Source: an uncultured virus (IMG/VR IMGVR_UViG_3300021431_000017)
Taxonomy: Duplodnaviria; Heunggongvirae; Uroviricota; Caudoviricetes
Strand: one strand, 5' to 3'
Virus record (IMG/VR): IMGVR_UViG_3300021431_000017
DNA length: 64,000 bases
The stretch's first letter is position 1. The number at the start of each line of letters is the position of its first letter. Shown here piece by piece: positions 1 to 9,510 of the stretch. The notes beneath the pieces were generated by a model that was not told the DNA's origin, searched no databases, and saw only the letters and a program-made list of their open reading frames with translations. The translations under genes were made by a program, and so were the position numbers.

Positions 1-1
1 A

Positions 2-205
2 GGTATTAAACAAGAGCGGTATTGGAAAAGAGAGGATGTTGAAAAGTTGATTAAATTTCGACAGTCATTACCGCAAGGACGAAGTGGAATCATGGGAGAT
101 GTAACACAGAAATGGCGGAGAGCAAAGAAAGAGAGGGAAAATAAATCAAATGGCGAGGTTAAACGTAAACGAGGACGTCCGAGAAAATCAGACAGAAAAT
201 CTTGA
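2..205 (+). CDS. 3' end of a small DNA-binding protein (HTH-like, 5'-truncated) with a C-terminal AT-hook-like motif
   Basis: Open frame from base 2: GIKQERYWKREDVEKLIKFRQ...KRKRGRPRKSDRKS*; overlaps the next ORF by 56 nt. Confidence 0.5.
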   Translation, partial: GIKQERYWKREDVEKLIKFRQSLPQGRSGIMGDVTQKWRRAKKERENKSNGEVKRKRGRPRKSDRKS

Positions 206-605
206 TGAATTGATTCCGGTATACGGAGAGAAAAATGACACAGCAAAGGAACTGAAAAAGACACTTTCAGAATTAGGGACAAAGATTAAATCGTTGATGA
301 AGAACGGCACAGATAAATATGTAGCCGGAAATTATACAGCAAAATATGTTGTGAAGAAATCCGAAAGTTTTGATGAGGATGCATTTCTTATTAAACTCGG
401 TACAGTAAATTGTCCGTCATATCTTAGACGTGAAGCAGAAACACTTGGAATTATTAAAACAAAAGAATATATTGATATGGATGTTCTTGAAAGTGCGCTT
501 TACCATAACAGGGTTAGTGAATCTTTTAAAGAAGAATTGGAAGCATGCACTATTGTAAAAGAAATCCCTACATTAACAGTAACTAAACTGAAGGAGAAGA
601 AATGA
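150..605 (+). CDS. hypothetical phage protein
   Basis: 151-aa ORF, purine-rich RBS, ATGA coupling to the next ORF. Confidence 0.75.
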   Translation: MARLNVNEDVRENQTENLDELIPVYGEKNDTAKELKKTLSELGTKIKSLMKNGTDKYVAGNYTAKYVVKKSESFDEDAFLIKLGTVNCPSYLRREAETLGIIKTKEYIDMDVLESALYHNRVSESFKEELEACTIVKEIPTLTVTKLKEKK

Positions 606-817
606 AAGTAACTACAACATCAATTAGGGCAACATCAAGAGCATCTGTGAAAGTTGGCGATAGTTTCTATACTGTTGAATACTGCGAAGAACGGTCAATC
701 GAAGATTACGCTAGTGATGATGACCTCATGAAAGCACGTAAAGACCTGTGGGATACAGTTAATTATGAGTGCGATAATCAGGTTGAAGACATTATTCGCA
801 CATATTCCCATAAATAA
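602..817 (+). CDS. hypothetical phage protein
   Basis: 71-aa ORF, GGAG RBS, ATGA overlap. Confidence 0.75.
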   Translation: MKVTTTSIRATSRASVKVGDSFYTVEYCEERSIEDYASDDDLMKARKDLWDTVNYECDNQVEDIIRTYSHK

Positions 818-841
818 TTAATACTCTTAAAAAATAAGTAG

Positions 842-870
842 TTGCACAAATAGCACAATCGTGTTATATT
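842..870 (+). promoter_or_regulatory. sigma70/sigmaA-type promoter
   Basis: TTGCAC-17 bp-TATATT with TG extension; similar pattern at 5111, 21091 and 63629. Confidence 0.65.
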
Positions 871-876
871 ATTAAA

Positions 877-1050
877 GACAGCACTGCTATATTATATGAT
901 ATGCTCTAGCCAGTTCACTCCTGTGTTATAGTGCTGTCACAAATGATGAGTGAGGTATTTGGGGAACTTCACAGGCCAACATAATATTTCACTCATGAGA
1001 GTGCATACAGAGAACCCCCAATTCGCTGTATGCACTCTATTTGTTTATTT
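877..1050 (+). promoter_or_regulatory. structured 5' leader of the replication operon (three hairpins, the last terminator-like)
   Basis: GACAGCACT/AGTGCTGTC (877/930), ATGAGTGAGGTATT/AATATTTCACTCAT (946/983), AGAGTGCATACAG/CTGTATGCACTCT (998/1026) followed by a T-rich tract. Confidence 0.6.
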
Positions 1051-1064
1051 AGAGAGGTTGCGGT

Positions 1065-1913
1065 ATGAACAGAGACTTTAAAGGAGTTTGGATTCCACGA
1101 GACATTTGGTTAAGTAAAGAACTATCAGCAATAGAAAAGGTAATCTTAGTTGAAATTGATAGTTTGGACAACGATGAACATTGTTTTGCAAGTAATGAAT
1201 ATTTTGCCGAATTTTGTAACTGTAGTGTGCCTACTGTAACAAGAGCAATTAAACATCTTAAGGAATTAAATTATATCGAAGTTTCAAGTTTTGACGGCAG
1301 ACACAGGCTAATCAAAATGATTAAGCAGGCTAATCAAAATGATGAGGCAGATTCATCAAAAAGATTAACTAGTAATCTAGTAAGTAAAACAAACAGTAAA
1401 AAAGAAAAAAGTAGTACTAAAGTACTACTACAAAATTCCGAAACTGAAACATCGTTCTTAGGCTCTGTCAGCAAAAAGACAGAAGAAAAACCAAAGAAAA
1501 AGAATCTTTACGAGAAGTGTATGGATTTAGTGGTCAATTTTACGTCTGATTTAGAATTACAGAATGCGCTGAAAACATTTTTAGATTTACGCTTAGAAAT
1601 GGCTCGTTCTGAAGATAAGCAGTTTTATTACGGAATGTGGACACATTTAATTTCTGAACTTAAACAGTTGGCATATGATGATAGCGGAACGTTAGATGTT
1701 AAATTAGCACGAGAGATTGTAAACAAAAGTACCAGTAGAGGATGGAAACATTTTTATGAGTTGACGAGTAATGATTACGTAAGAAATCATAATTCAAGAA
1801 CCTTACACGACAAAGTAAACGAATCTGGTGCAGTGAACGTTCCGCATATTACTGAAGAGGATAAAGCAGAAATTGAGCGTATGATTGCTCTAGGAGAAAT
1901 ACATGAATACTAA
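1065..1913 (+). CDS. phage replication initiator (N-terminal winged HTH)
   Basis: MNRDFKGVWIP...CFASNEYFAEF...TVTRAIKHLKELNYI is typical of HTH replication initiators; lies upstream of a DnaC-like ATPase and DnaB. Confidence 0.8.
   Translation: MNRDFKGVWIPRDIWLSKELSAIEKVILVEIDSLDNDEHCFASNEYFAEFCNCSVPTVTRAIKHLKELNYIEVSSFDGRHRLIKMIKQANQNDEADSSKRLTSNLVSKTNSKKEKSSTKVLLQNSETETSFLGSVSKKTEEKPKKKNLYEKCMDLVVNFTSDLELQNALKTFLDLRLEMARSEDKQFYYGMWTHLISELKQLAYDDSGTLDVKLAREIVNKSTSRGWKHFYELTSNDYVRNHNSRTLHDKVNESGAVNVPHITEEDKAEIERMIALGEIHEY
1304..1365. repeat. three 18-bp iterons at a 22-bp period; probable replication origin
   Basis: CAGGCTAATCAAAATGAT at 1304 and 1326, CAGATTCATCAAAAAGAT at 1348, followed by an A-rich tract, inside the initiator gene. 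Confidence 0.7.
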
Positions 1914-2556
1914 CTGTTGGTATGTAAATATGTGTGATGATGCTGGCTCAGATTGTGAAATGTGTCAGTTATTCTTAGAGATGAATTGGCAGATGCAGAA
2001 TAGTGGACTGCCTGTTGCTAAGCAAAAACCAATTAAACTTAAACCTGAGACGTGTGATATTGAAGCATTTAATAATTTATCCGAAATTAGACGTGATGTT
2101 GATGAGTTTATAGATAATGGAAATAATCTGTATTTGTGCAGTAAGTATACAGGTAACGGAAAAACAAGTTGGGCAATCAAAATGCTTCAGTCTTATTTCA
2201 ATCTCAGATGTGAAGGTAATTATGAACATTTGCTTGGAATGTTTGTGTCTACACCTCAACTACTGTTAAAATTAAAAGACTTCAGCAATCCTGTTTCAGC
2301 AATGTTTAAGCAGAATTTAGCCAATGTTGATGTTGTTGTATGGGATGATATTGCTGTATCTGGTATGAGTACATACGATTATACCCAACTGTTTACATAC
2401 ATAGACGGAAGATTATTGTCTGAGAAATCTAATATATTTACCAGCAACTGTTCTACAAGAGAGGAATTAGAAAAGATTGTTGGTAATAAATTGGCGAGTA
2501 GAATTTGGGACACTTCATATGTAGTCACATTGTTCGGGAAGGATAGACGAGAATGA
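1903..2556 (+). CDS. DnaC/IstB-like AAA+ helicase loader
   Basis: Walker A (TGNGKT), Walker B (VVVWDD), IFTSN, LASRI motifs. Confidence 0.85.
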   Translation: MNTNCWYVNMCDDAGSDCEMCQLFLEMNWQMQNSGLPVAKQKPIKLKPETCDIEAFNNLSEIRRDVDEFIDNGNNLYLCSKYTGNGKTSWAIKMLQSYFNLRCEGNYEHLLGMFVSTPQLLLKLKDFSNPVSAMFKQNLANVDVVVWDDIAVSGMSTYDYTQLFTYIDGRLLSEKSNIFTSNCSTREELEKIVGNKLASRIWDTSYVVTLFGKDRRE

Positions 2557-3848
2557 TTCAACTACAGGTAATTAGCAAAATTCTACAAGACGGTAATAAT
2601 TCAATCGTAGAAGATAATATGCTGACAAAGGACTTCTTTGTTGGTTATGAAGATGAATTTGAGTTTATTGAGGAACATTATGCGAAGTATGGTAATATTC
2701 CTGATACTGCTACGTTCTTATCGAAGTTTCCAAACGTTGAACTTGTTGAGGTAACTGAGACTAATAAATATTTGATTGATACCTTACGTGAAGAATATTT
2801 GTATTACAAGTCTGTTCCGGTTGTGCAAAAAATTGCAGAGTTATTGAAACAAGATTCCAATACTGCCGTTGAGTACATGCTTCATGCACTAAAAGAACTT
2901 GAACCTAATTATGACTTAGGCGGTATAGATATCGTCTCACAAGCAGTAGACAGATATGATAGATTTATTGAACGCAAGGAACATCAAGATGAATGGTTCT
3001 TCACAACCGGCTTTGAAGAACTAGATGACTTGATTCACGGCATACAAAGAGAGGAAGAACTGTTTGTCATCTTCGCAAGAACGAATCAAGGTAAATCTTG
3101 GGTACTTGAAAAGATGTGTACGCATGTGTGGCAATTAGGGTTCAATGTCGGATATATCTCACCTGAGATGGGAGCAGATAGTATCGGCTATAGATTTGAT
3201 ACGCTGTATCAGAATTTCAGTAATAAAGGTCTGATGTGGGGTAAAGATGAAGTATCAGATGATGGCTATAAAGCATATATTGATGAACTAGCCAAAAAGA
3301 AAAATAAATTCATTGTCGCTACTCCTATTGATTTTGACCGTAAGATAACTGTTACGAAACTAAAGAATTGGGTGAAACAATATAAACTTGATTTGATTGC
3401 TGTCGATGGAATTACATATATTTCCGATGAGCGTGAGCGCAAAAATGAGAACAAGACCACAATGTTGACAAACATAAGTGAGGACCTAATGTCGCTGTCT
3501 ATGGAAATGAAAGTGCCTGTTCTTGTTGTCGTACAAGCAAATCGAAGTGGTGTTGCAGAAGATGATTCTAGTGGTACACCCGAACTTGAAAGTATTCGTG
3601 ATTCAGATGGTATTGCACATAACGCAAGTAAAGTTTTGTCCATAAGACAAACAAAGGATAGTGTGCTGAAGATGGAAGTAAAGAAACAGCGTTTCGGCTC
3701 AGTCGGCGGTAAAGTTAATTATCAGTGGAATATCAATAACGGAGAATTCAGATATTTAGCAGATTATTCTGATACTACAAGAACACCTGAAGTAAGAGAG
3801 CGTAAAGAGCCGAGTAGAAAGATTACAAATCGTGAGGACGTGTTTTGA
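2553..3848 (+). CDS. dnaB: replicative DnaB-like (SF4) helicase
   Basis: TGFEELD, ARTNQGKS, SPEM, IAVDG, VVQANR, IRDSDGIAHNA, KKQRFG motifs. Confidence 0.9.
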   Translation: MIQLQVISKILQDGNNSIVEDNMLTKDFFVGYEDEFEFIEEHYAKYGNIPDTATFLSKFPNVELVEVTETNKYLIDTLREEYLYYKSVPVVQKIAELLKQDSNTAVEYMLHALKELEPNYDLGGIDIVSQAVDRYDRFIERKEHQDEWFFTTGFEELDDLIHGIQREEELFVIFARTNQGKSWVLEKMCTHVWQLGFNVGYISPEMGADSIGYRFDTLYQNFSNKGLMWGKDEVSDDGYKAYIDELAKKKNKFIVATPIDFDRKITVTKLKNWVKQYKLDLIAVDGITYISDERERKNENKTTMLTNISEDLMSLSMEMKVPVLVVVQANRSGVAEDDSSGTPELESIRDSDGIAHNASKVLSIRQTKDSVLKMEVKKQRFGSVGGKVNYQWNINNGEFRYLADYSDTTRTPEVRERKEPSRKITNREDVF

Positions 3849-4120
3849 TGGAAAGATATTATTATGCACTGTTAGACGATACGGTTTATGTATTTGAGAA
3901 AAAGAAACAGCGGGATAGATTCTGCACAGAGAAATTAGCAAAACGGATATACGCATACGAGCGTCATAAGTATCGAACACACATATTTCTATCTGAGACG
4001 CACAAAAACACGTCAAAATCGAATGAAACATATTCAGCAGATAGTTTATCTGTTAATTCTCAAAACGTTAAAAATAGATATGTTTCTGAGCGTCAAAAAA
4101 TGTTCAAGGGTCAACGATAA
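3845..4120 (+). CDS. hypothetical protein
   Basis: 91-aa ORF coupled to its neighbours; 3' half is a periodic CG/A-tract patch. Confidence 0.5.
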   Translation: MMERYYYALLDDTVYVFEKKKQRDRFCTEKLAKRIYAYERHKYRTHIFLSETHKNTSKSNETYSADSLSVNSQNVKNRYVSERQKMFKGQR

Positions 4121-5118
4121 TGATTATTGACGATGTTCAATTAAATGCGGATTTGAATCAAATACTAAATGATTTATTGGTTAGTTTGAAGTCTGTACAT
4201 AGTGAATTATTTAGTAAGGGATTTAAAGAGTCTGGAGACAATATTATGGTACAGTGTCCGTATCACAGTAACGGACAAGAGAAAAGACCTTCAGCAGGTA
4301 TTCATAAAGAGACCGGTGTGTTTCACTGTTTCGCATGCGGCGAGACACATAGTTTACAGGAATTTATATCTCATTGTTTTGGGTATGATGATGGTGGTTT
4401 GTTTGGGTGGAAATGGTTATTAAAGAATTACGCAAGTGTAAGTATAGAGGAGAGAAAAGATGTGGATTTGGATTATTCCCGTACTAGCAGTAGCAGTAGG
4501 TTGGGTACTCGGGATGGCTATAGTACTTCTGATACTGTATATGTCACAGAAGAGGAATTAGATAGTTATAGATATATTCATCCATACATGTATAAGAGAG
4601 GATTAACAGATGAAATTATTGAATTGTTTGATATTGGGTATGATAAGCGTAGACGATGTATTACTTTTCCTGTTCGAGATATTCAAGGTCGCTGTTTGTT
4701 TATTGCTCGCCGTAGTGTTGATTATAAATATTTCAATTACCCCAAAGGAGTAGATAAACCGCTTTATGGTTTATACGAAATGAGTTACGCATATAACTTT
4801 GATATTGGTAATTATCCTGATGAAGTAATTGTGTGCGAGTCCATGTTGGATGCACTATCATTTTGGACAATCGATAAATGTGCTGTAGCATTAAACGGAA
4901 CAGGTAGTGCTTTACAGTTTAAACAATTACGAGATTTGCCGTGTAGAAAACTTATTCTTTGTACAGATATGGATAAAGCAGGTTTGAAAGCACGAATTAA
5001 TATACGAAAGAATGTAACAAATAAAATTATAACTGAGTATATTTTGCCTAACGGTAGAAAAGATGCTAACGAGTGTACAAAAGAGGAACTAAAGATGTTG
5101 AAAGATGTTATTGTATGA
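4120..5118 (+). CDS. dnaG: DNA primase (CHC2 zinc finger + TOPRIM)
   Basis: CPYH...FHCFACG zinc finger; VCESMLD, CTDMDKAG, KDANE TOPRIM motifs. Confidence 0.92.
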   Translation: MIIDDVQLNADLNQILNDLLVSLKSVHSELFSKGFKESGDNIMVQCPYHSNGQEKRPSAGIHKETGVFHCFACGETHSLQEFISHCFGYDDGGLFGWKWLLKNYASVSIEERKDVDLDYSRTSSSSRLGTRDGYSTSDTVYVTEEELDSYRYIHPYMYKRGLTDEIIELFDIGYDKRRRCITFPVRDIQGRCLFIARRSVDYKYFNYPKGVDKPLYGLYEMSYAYNFDIGNYPDEVIVCESMLDALSFWTIDKCAVALNGTGSALQFKQLRDLPCRKLILCTDMDKAGLKARINIRKNVTNKIITEYILPNGRKDANECTKEELKMLKDVIV

Positions 5119-5139
5119 CAATCTGAAACATGTTATACT
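5111..5139 (+). promoter_or_regulatory. promoter
   Basis: TTGTAT-17 bp-TATACT with TG extension. Confidence 0.55.
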
Positions 5140-5187
5140 ATCTATGTCGTATAAGACACAGTGAGTGAGAAAGAGAGGGCATAGAGT

Positions 5188-6044
5188 ATGAAGTATAAGA
5201 ACAAAAAGACAGGTCAGATTGGAAAAGTAGTGCATTACAAAGGAATAACCACCACGTTACGATTCGATGACGGTAGCGAAGTTATTCTTACACCTGCAAA
5301 TGTTAAGCATGATTGGAAAGAGATTGAAGATACAGATGTTGACCGTATCACATTCAGACAGTTGTGTGAAAACATGAAAGACCACAATCGTAGATTTGAT
5401 GGTGAGAAGAGTACACTTAGCGGTATTATTGTTTACTCACAGGATAATTTCACAGTTCCGTATACAGAGGAGCAGAGAAGTTATAGAGTATGGAATAGTA
5501 ATCGCATGTTTCAGTCTGGTAAGATATCAAATTCATTGTTCGGAGATTGTATTGACGGTTCTGACCCCGGAGTTCGTTTAGACTCGTATGATTGGGATAT
5601 TGATTATTGCTATATGGAGAATAATGTATGCACATTAAGTTAAGGGAATTTCTGACGCTTGTTGCGTACGGTACAAATCTTGTTGTAATTGATGCTGAAT
5701 CAGATGTAGAGATTTATAAGTCAAGCAGTTTCATCACACCATATTCAGTTGATAGACGGTATAAGAAATTATTTGATGATGCGGAAGTCTATTGTGTTGG
5801 TGTTGTTGATGGTATTATGTATGTATGGACTTCAAGTAAAGAGAGGGGGTGAAGTATGAGCAAGTCAGTCACAGCGATTATTGTGGACGATGGGTTAGAA
5901 GAAGTTATTCATCTTGACCCAGAAAATGATCCGGATTTTGAAGATACACTTGGAAATCTTCTTTGCGAAATTTTTGAAGCACCGGCAGTCAAGTATCACA
6001 TTGAAGTCATGGGTTACGAAACAAAAGACACATTCACAAACTAA
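5188..6044 (+). CDS. three small hypothetical proteins (5188-5643, 5628-5852, 5856-6044)
   Basis: Consecutive ORFs with RBSs; no recognisable motifs. Confidence 0.65.
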
Positions 6045-6063
6045 GAAAAAGGAGAACAGTTAA

Positions 6064-6750
6064 ATGGGAAGATTTAAAGCAGATGAAATTGAACACTATG
6101 GTGGACAGGGAAATTCAAGTTATTTTTCACTTAAAAACGACAAAGAGGTAGCACGGGTTAGATTCATGTACAACGACATGGATGACATTGACGGATACGC
6201 TGTGCATGAAGTTCAGATTGATGGCAGACGTAGATATGTAAATTGTCTCAGAGATTATAATGAGCCTGTTGATGCATGTCCGTTCTGTAAGAATCATATG
6301 GCACCTACAGCGAAACTGTTTGTACCGCTGTATAACGTAGATACTCAGAAAGTACAGGTGTGGGAACGTGGTAAGAAGTTCTACTCCACACTTGCAAGTG
6401 TTCTGTCACGTTCAGTGAGAAACGGTTCGATTGTGTCTCAGGTATTTGAGATTGAGCGTAATGGTAAGCCGAAAGATACAAGTACTACATACGGTATTTA
6501 TCCTGTCGGTCAGCCTGATAACACAACACTTGAAGATTTACCGGATATGCCCCGTATTCTTGGACAGTATGTAATGGATAAGTCTGCGCAGGATATGGAA
6601 GATTATCTGCATAACGGTGAATTCTATGATAGCGGTAATTCAAACAGTTCATCTAATGAAATGCCTATTCGCAGACGTTCTGCTGAGCGTGATGATGAAT
6701 ATACTCAGCCTGTTCGCAGAACACCGTCACGTAGGGAAGATGTATATTAA
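6064..6750 (+). CDS. single-stranded DNA-binding protein (T4 gp32-like, zinc-binding)
   Basis: H..., C...CPFC pattern, FEIERNG, disordered C-terminal tail; directly upstream of the polymerase. Confidence 0.7.
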   Translation: MGRFKADEIEHYGGQGNSSYFSLKNDKEVARVRFMYNDMDDIDGYAVHEVQIDGRRRYVNCLRDYNEPVDACPFCKNHMAPTAKLFVPLYNVDTQKVQVWERGKKFYSTLASVLSRSVRNGSIVSQVFEIERNGKPKDTSTTYGIYPVGQPDNTTLEDLPDMPRILGQYVMDKSAQDMEDYLHNGEFYDSGNSNSSSNEMPIRRRSAERDDEYTQPVRRTPSRREDVY

Positions 6751-9074
6751 TGCCGTTATTCAAAGTCAGAGGTAATAAAGCGTCTGATTCTGAATTGGCT
6801 AAAAAATCTAAAGTGAAAGCAACGCAACCTGTTACTGTAAGAAGTAATGGGTTGCTTGCGTCACTGTCACAGATAAAAATACAGGTCGATGCTTTATTAG
6901 GTAAGTATGCAGATGATTACGAGATAATCACTACAGTAGAGAGGTTATTAGAGTACGTCAGATTTGCAAATAATGTTGGGTATATAGCAATCGATACAGA
7001 AACTACGGGTCTTGACCCAATGCAAGATAGGATTGTTGGATTATGTCTGTACACAAAAGGTGCAACAGGAGCATATATTCCAATCAATCACACGTCTTAC
7101 ATAACAGGTGAGCGTGTTGATAATCAAATGTCTGAAAAGGATGTTGCCTACTGTATGCAAGCATTAACGGCAAAGATTATTATGTTCAATGCCGCATTCG
7201 ATACAAGGGTTATGCGAAATCAGTTAGGCATATATAAGACTTGTTATTGGGATTGTTATCTTGCAAGTAGACTGTTAAATGAGAATGAACCACACAAAGG
7301 ATTAAAGGCTTTACATCAGAAGTATGTTCTTAGGGATGCAGAAGATGAATTTAGTTTCGATGCACTGTTCAAAGGCATAACTGCTGACAAGATCCCTATT
7401 TCTACATTCTATCTGTATGCGGCACACGATGCTGTTATTACATATGAGTATTGGGAATATCAGACTAAGTACGTGTATTATGACCCAACGTGTTCTTTGT
7501 CAGACAGAAACGGAATGAATGGAGTATCTTGGGTATTCTTCAATATCGAGATGCCTTGTGTCGAAGTTGTGTGTGATATGGAAGATAACGGCATTGAACT
7601 TGATATTGACTATGCACATACGCTATCAGACACGTATACAGAGCGTTTAAACGCTAAATCTGAAGCGTTTTACGATAAGTTGAGTAAATATACGTCTCAA
7701 ATTGAATCGTACAGAGAACGCACGAAAAACGCTAAATTAGATAATCCTATAAATATCGCAAGTCCGACACAGATAGCGATTCTGCTATACGATATCTTAG
7801 GTGTTGAGAGTGTTGATAAAAAGAACCCTAGAGGTACGGGTGAAGCAATTCTGAAGAAGATATCTGAAACATATGAAGATGACCGAGCAGAACTATGTAA
7901 GGCGATATTAGAGTATCGTGAAGTAGCCAAACTGTTATCAACATATATTGATAAACTACCGAATTGTGTAAACCCTAATGATGGACGTATTCATTGTAAG
8001 TTTAATCAGTATGGTGCAGACACAGGGCGATTTAGTTCTAGTGACCCGAATCTTCAGAATATTCCTTCACACAATAAGGACATTCGTAAGATGTTTAAAG
8101 CAACTGATGGATATGTTCTTATGTCATCGGATTTCAGTCAGCAAGAACCTAAATGTCTAGCCGCATTGTGCAGAAAACAAGGTGATTCTCAAATGTATGA
8201 CACATTTATGCAAGGAAAAGACTTGTATTCTGAAATTGCAAGTAAGGCATTTAATTATCCTTATGAGGAATGTAGAGAGTTCAACGCTGATGGAACTACA
8301 AATAAAGCAGGTAAAGAGAGACGGTCACAAGCAAAATCAATTCTGTTAGGTGTACTTTACGGAAGAGGTGAAGCAAGTATCGGAGAGCAGTTACATTGCT
8401 CTACAGAAAAGGCACACGATATTAAACAGAGTGTATTTAGGGGATTTCCTGCTATTGAACAGTTTGAGCGTGATAGTTTAGAAATGGCAGAGGAATTAGG
8501 TTATGTTACTACAGTGTGCGGAAGAAAGAGAAGACTGCCCGATTTGCAGTTACCTGAGTATGAGTTTAAGTGGAAAGACGGAGCAAGACCGTCAGATGAC
8601 TTACTTGACTTTGACACTGACGATGGAGCAGAAGTTGAGATTCCAACAGAATCAATTAAACGGTATCTGCGAATGTTGCGACAGTCACGGCCTTGGGATA
8701 AACGTAAAATTTTTGAACAAGCAAACAAAGAAGGAATCTGGATAATCGACAATGGGTTAAAGATAGCAGATGCACAGAGACAGTGCGTAAATGCTAGAAT
8801 TCAAGGTTCTGCGGCAGATTTAACAAAACTTGCGATGATTGAATTAAGCAGGAGTGAAGAACTTAAAAAGTTAGGGTTCAGATTATTAATCCCTGTTCAC
8901 GATGAAGTCATCGCAGAATGTCCTGAAGAAAATGTTAAGGAGTGTGCAGAGTTGTTGGCAAAAACAATGTCACATGCCGCAGAGGAGATTCTTGAAATGC
9001 CCATTAAGTGTGATGTCGAGATTACCAGGAACTGGTACGGAGAAAGTATTTATGAGAATCTGGAAAGGAATTGA
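6750..9074 (+). CDS. polA: family A DNA polymerase with 3'-5' exonuclease
   Basis: DTETTG, FNAAFD, YAAHD exonuclease motifs; TGRFSSSDPNLQNIP, DFSQQE, RSQAKSILLGVLYG, IQGSAAD, VHDE. Confidence 0.95.
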   Translation: MPLFKVRGNKASDSELAKKSKVKATQPVTVRSNGLLASLSQIKIQVDALLGKYADDYEIITTVERLLEYVRFANNVGYIAIDTETTGLDPMQDRIVGLCLYTKGATGAYIPINHTSYITGERVDNQMSEKDVAYCMQALTAKIIMFNAAFDTRVMRNQLGIYKTCYWDCYLASRLLNENEPHKGLKALHQKYVLRDAEDEFSFDALFKGITADKIPISTFYLYAAHDAVITYEYWEYQTKYVYYDPTCSLSDRNGMNGVSWVFFNIEMPCVEVVCDMEDNGIELDIDYAHTLSDTYTERLNAKSEAFYDKLSKYTSQIESYRERTKNAKLDNPINIASPTQIAILLYDILGVESVDKKNPRGTGEAILKKISETYEDDRAELCKAILEYREVAKLLSTYIDKLPNCVNPNDGRIHCKFNQYGADTGRFSSSDPNLQNIPSHNKDIRKMFKATDGYVLMSSDFSQQEPKCLAALCRKQGDSQMYDTFMQGKDLYSEIASKAFNYPYEECREFNADGTTNKAGKERRSQAKSILLGVLYGRGEASIGEQLHCSTEKAHDIKQSVFRGFPAIEQFERDSLEMAEELGYVTTVCGRKRRLPDLQLPEYEFKWKDGARPSDDLLDFDTDDGAEVEIPTESIKRYLRMLRQSRPWDKRKIFEQANKEGIWIIDNGLKIADAQRQCVNARIQGSAADLTKLAMIELSRSEELKKLGFRLLIPVHDEVIAECPEENVKECAELLAKTMSHAAEEILEMPIKCDVEITRNWYGESIYENLERN

Positions 9075-9510
9075 TGCTGAACATAACAGTAATGTCGGAA
9101 AGATGACATTATTTGTAGAATCAGAAAACCCTGATTTAGCCGTAGTTGAGTTGATATTAAAACAACATCCTGATATTAAAGCGATATATTTTGGTGCAGG
9201 TGAAGTAGATATTTTACAGTTTACGTTTATAAATAAATTACATGCCTTGCGAAAACGTTATGGAATATTACTTTTAATAGAGTGTAGTTATGATAACATG
9301 ATTACCTATGATATTCGTTCCTATTTTGATGTTGTAGTATTACGAATACCCGTAGATTCTATATACGGAAATGAACAGATAAAATTAAGAACGGGTACAC
9401 AAGTTTATATACGAGGTATTAATGATTTTAAAAACAACTCACTGGCTACACTAAAAAACGGACAGTATTTAAATGACATTGAATTATATAAAGATGAGGT
9501 GCAGTTATGA
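9052..9510 (+). CDS. hypothetical protein of the DNA-modification cassette
   Basis: ATG at 9052 after GGAG; MRIWKGIDAE...IYFGAG; overlaps polA and the glycosyltransferase. Confidence 0.7.
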   Translation: MRIWKGIDAEHNSNVGKMTLFVESENPDLAVVELILKQHPDIKAIYFGAGEVDILQFTFINKLHALRKRYGILLLIECSYDNMITYDIRSYFDVVVLRIPVDSIYGNEQIKLRTGTQVYIRGINDFKNNSLATLKNGQYLNDIELYKDEVQL

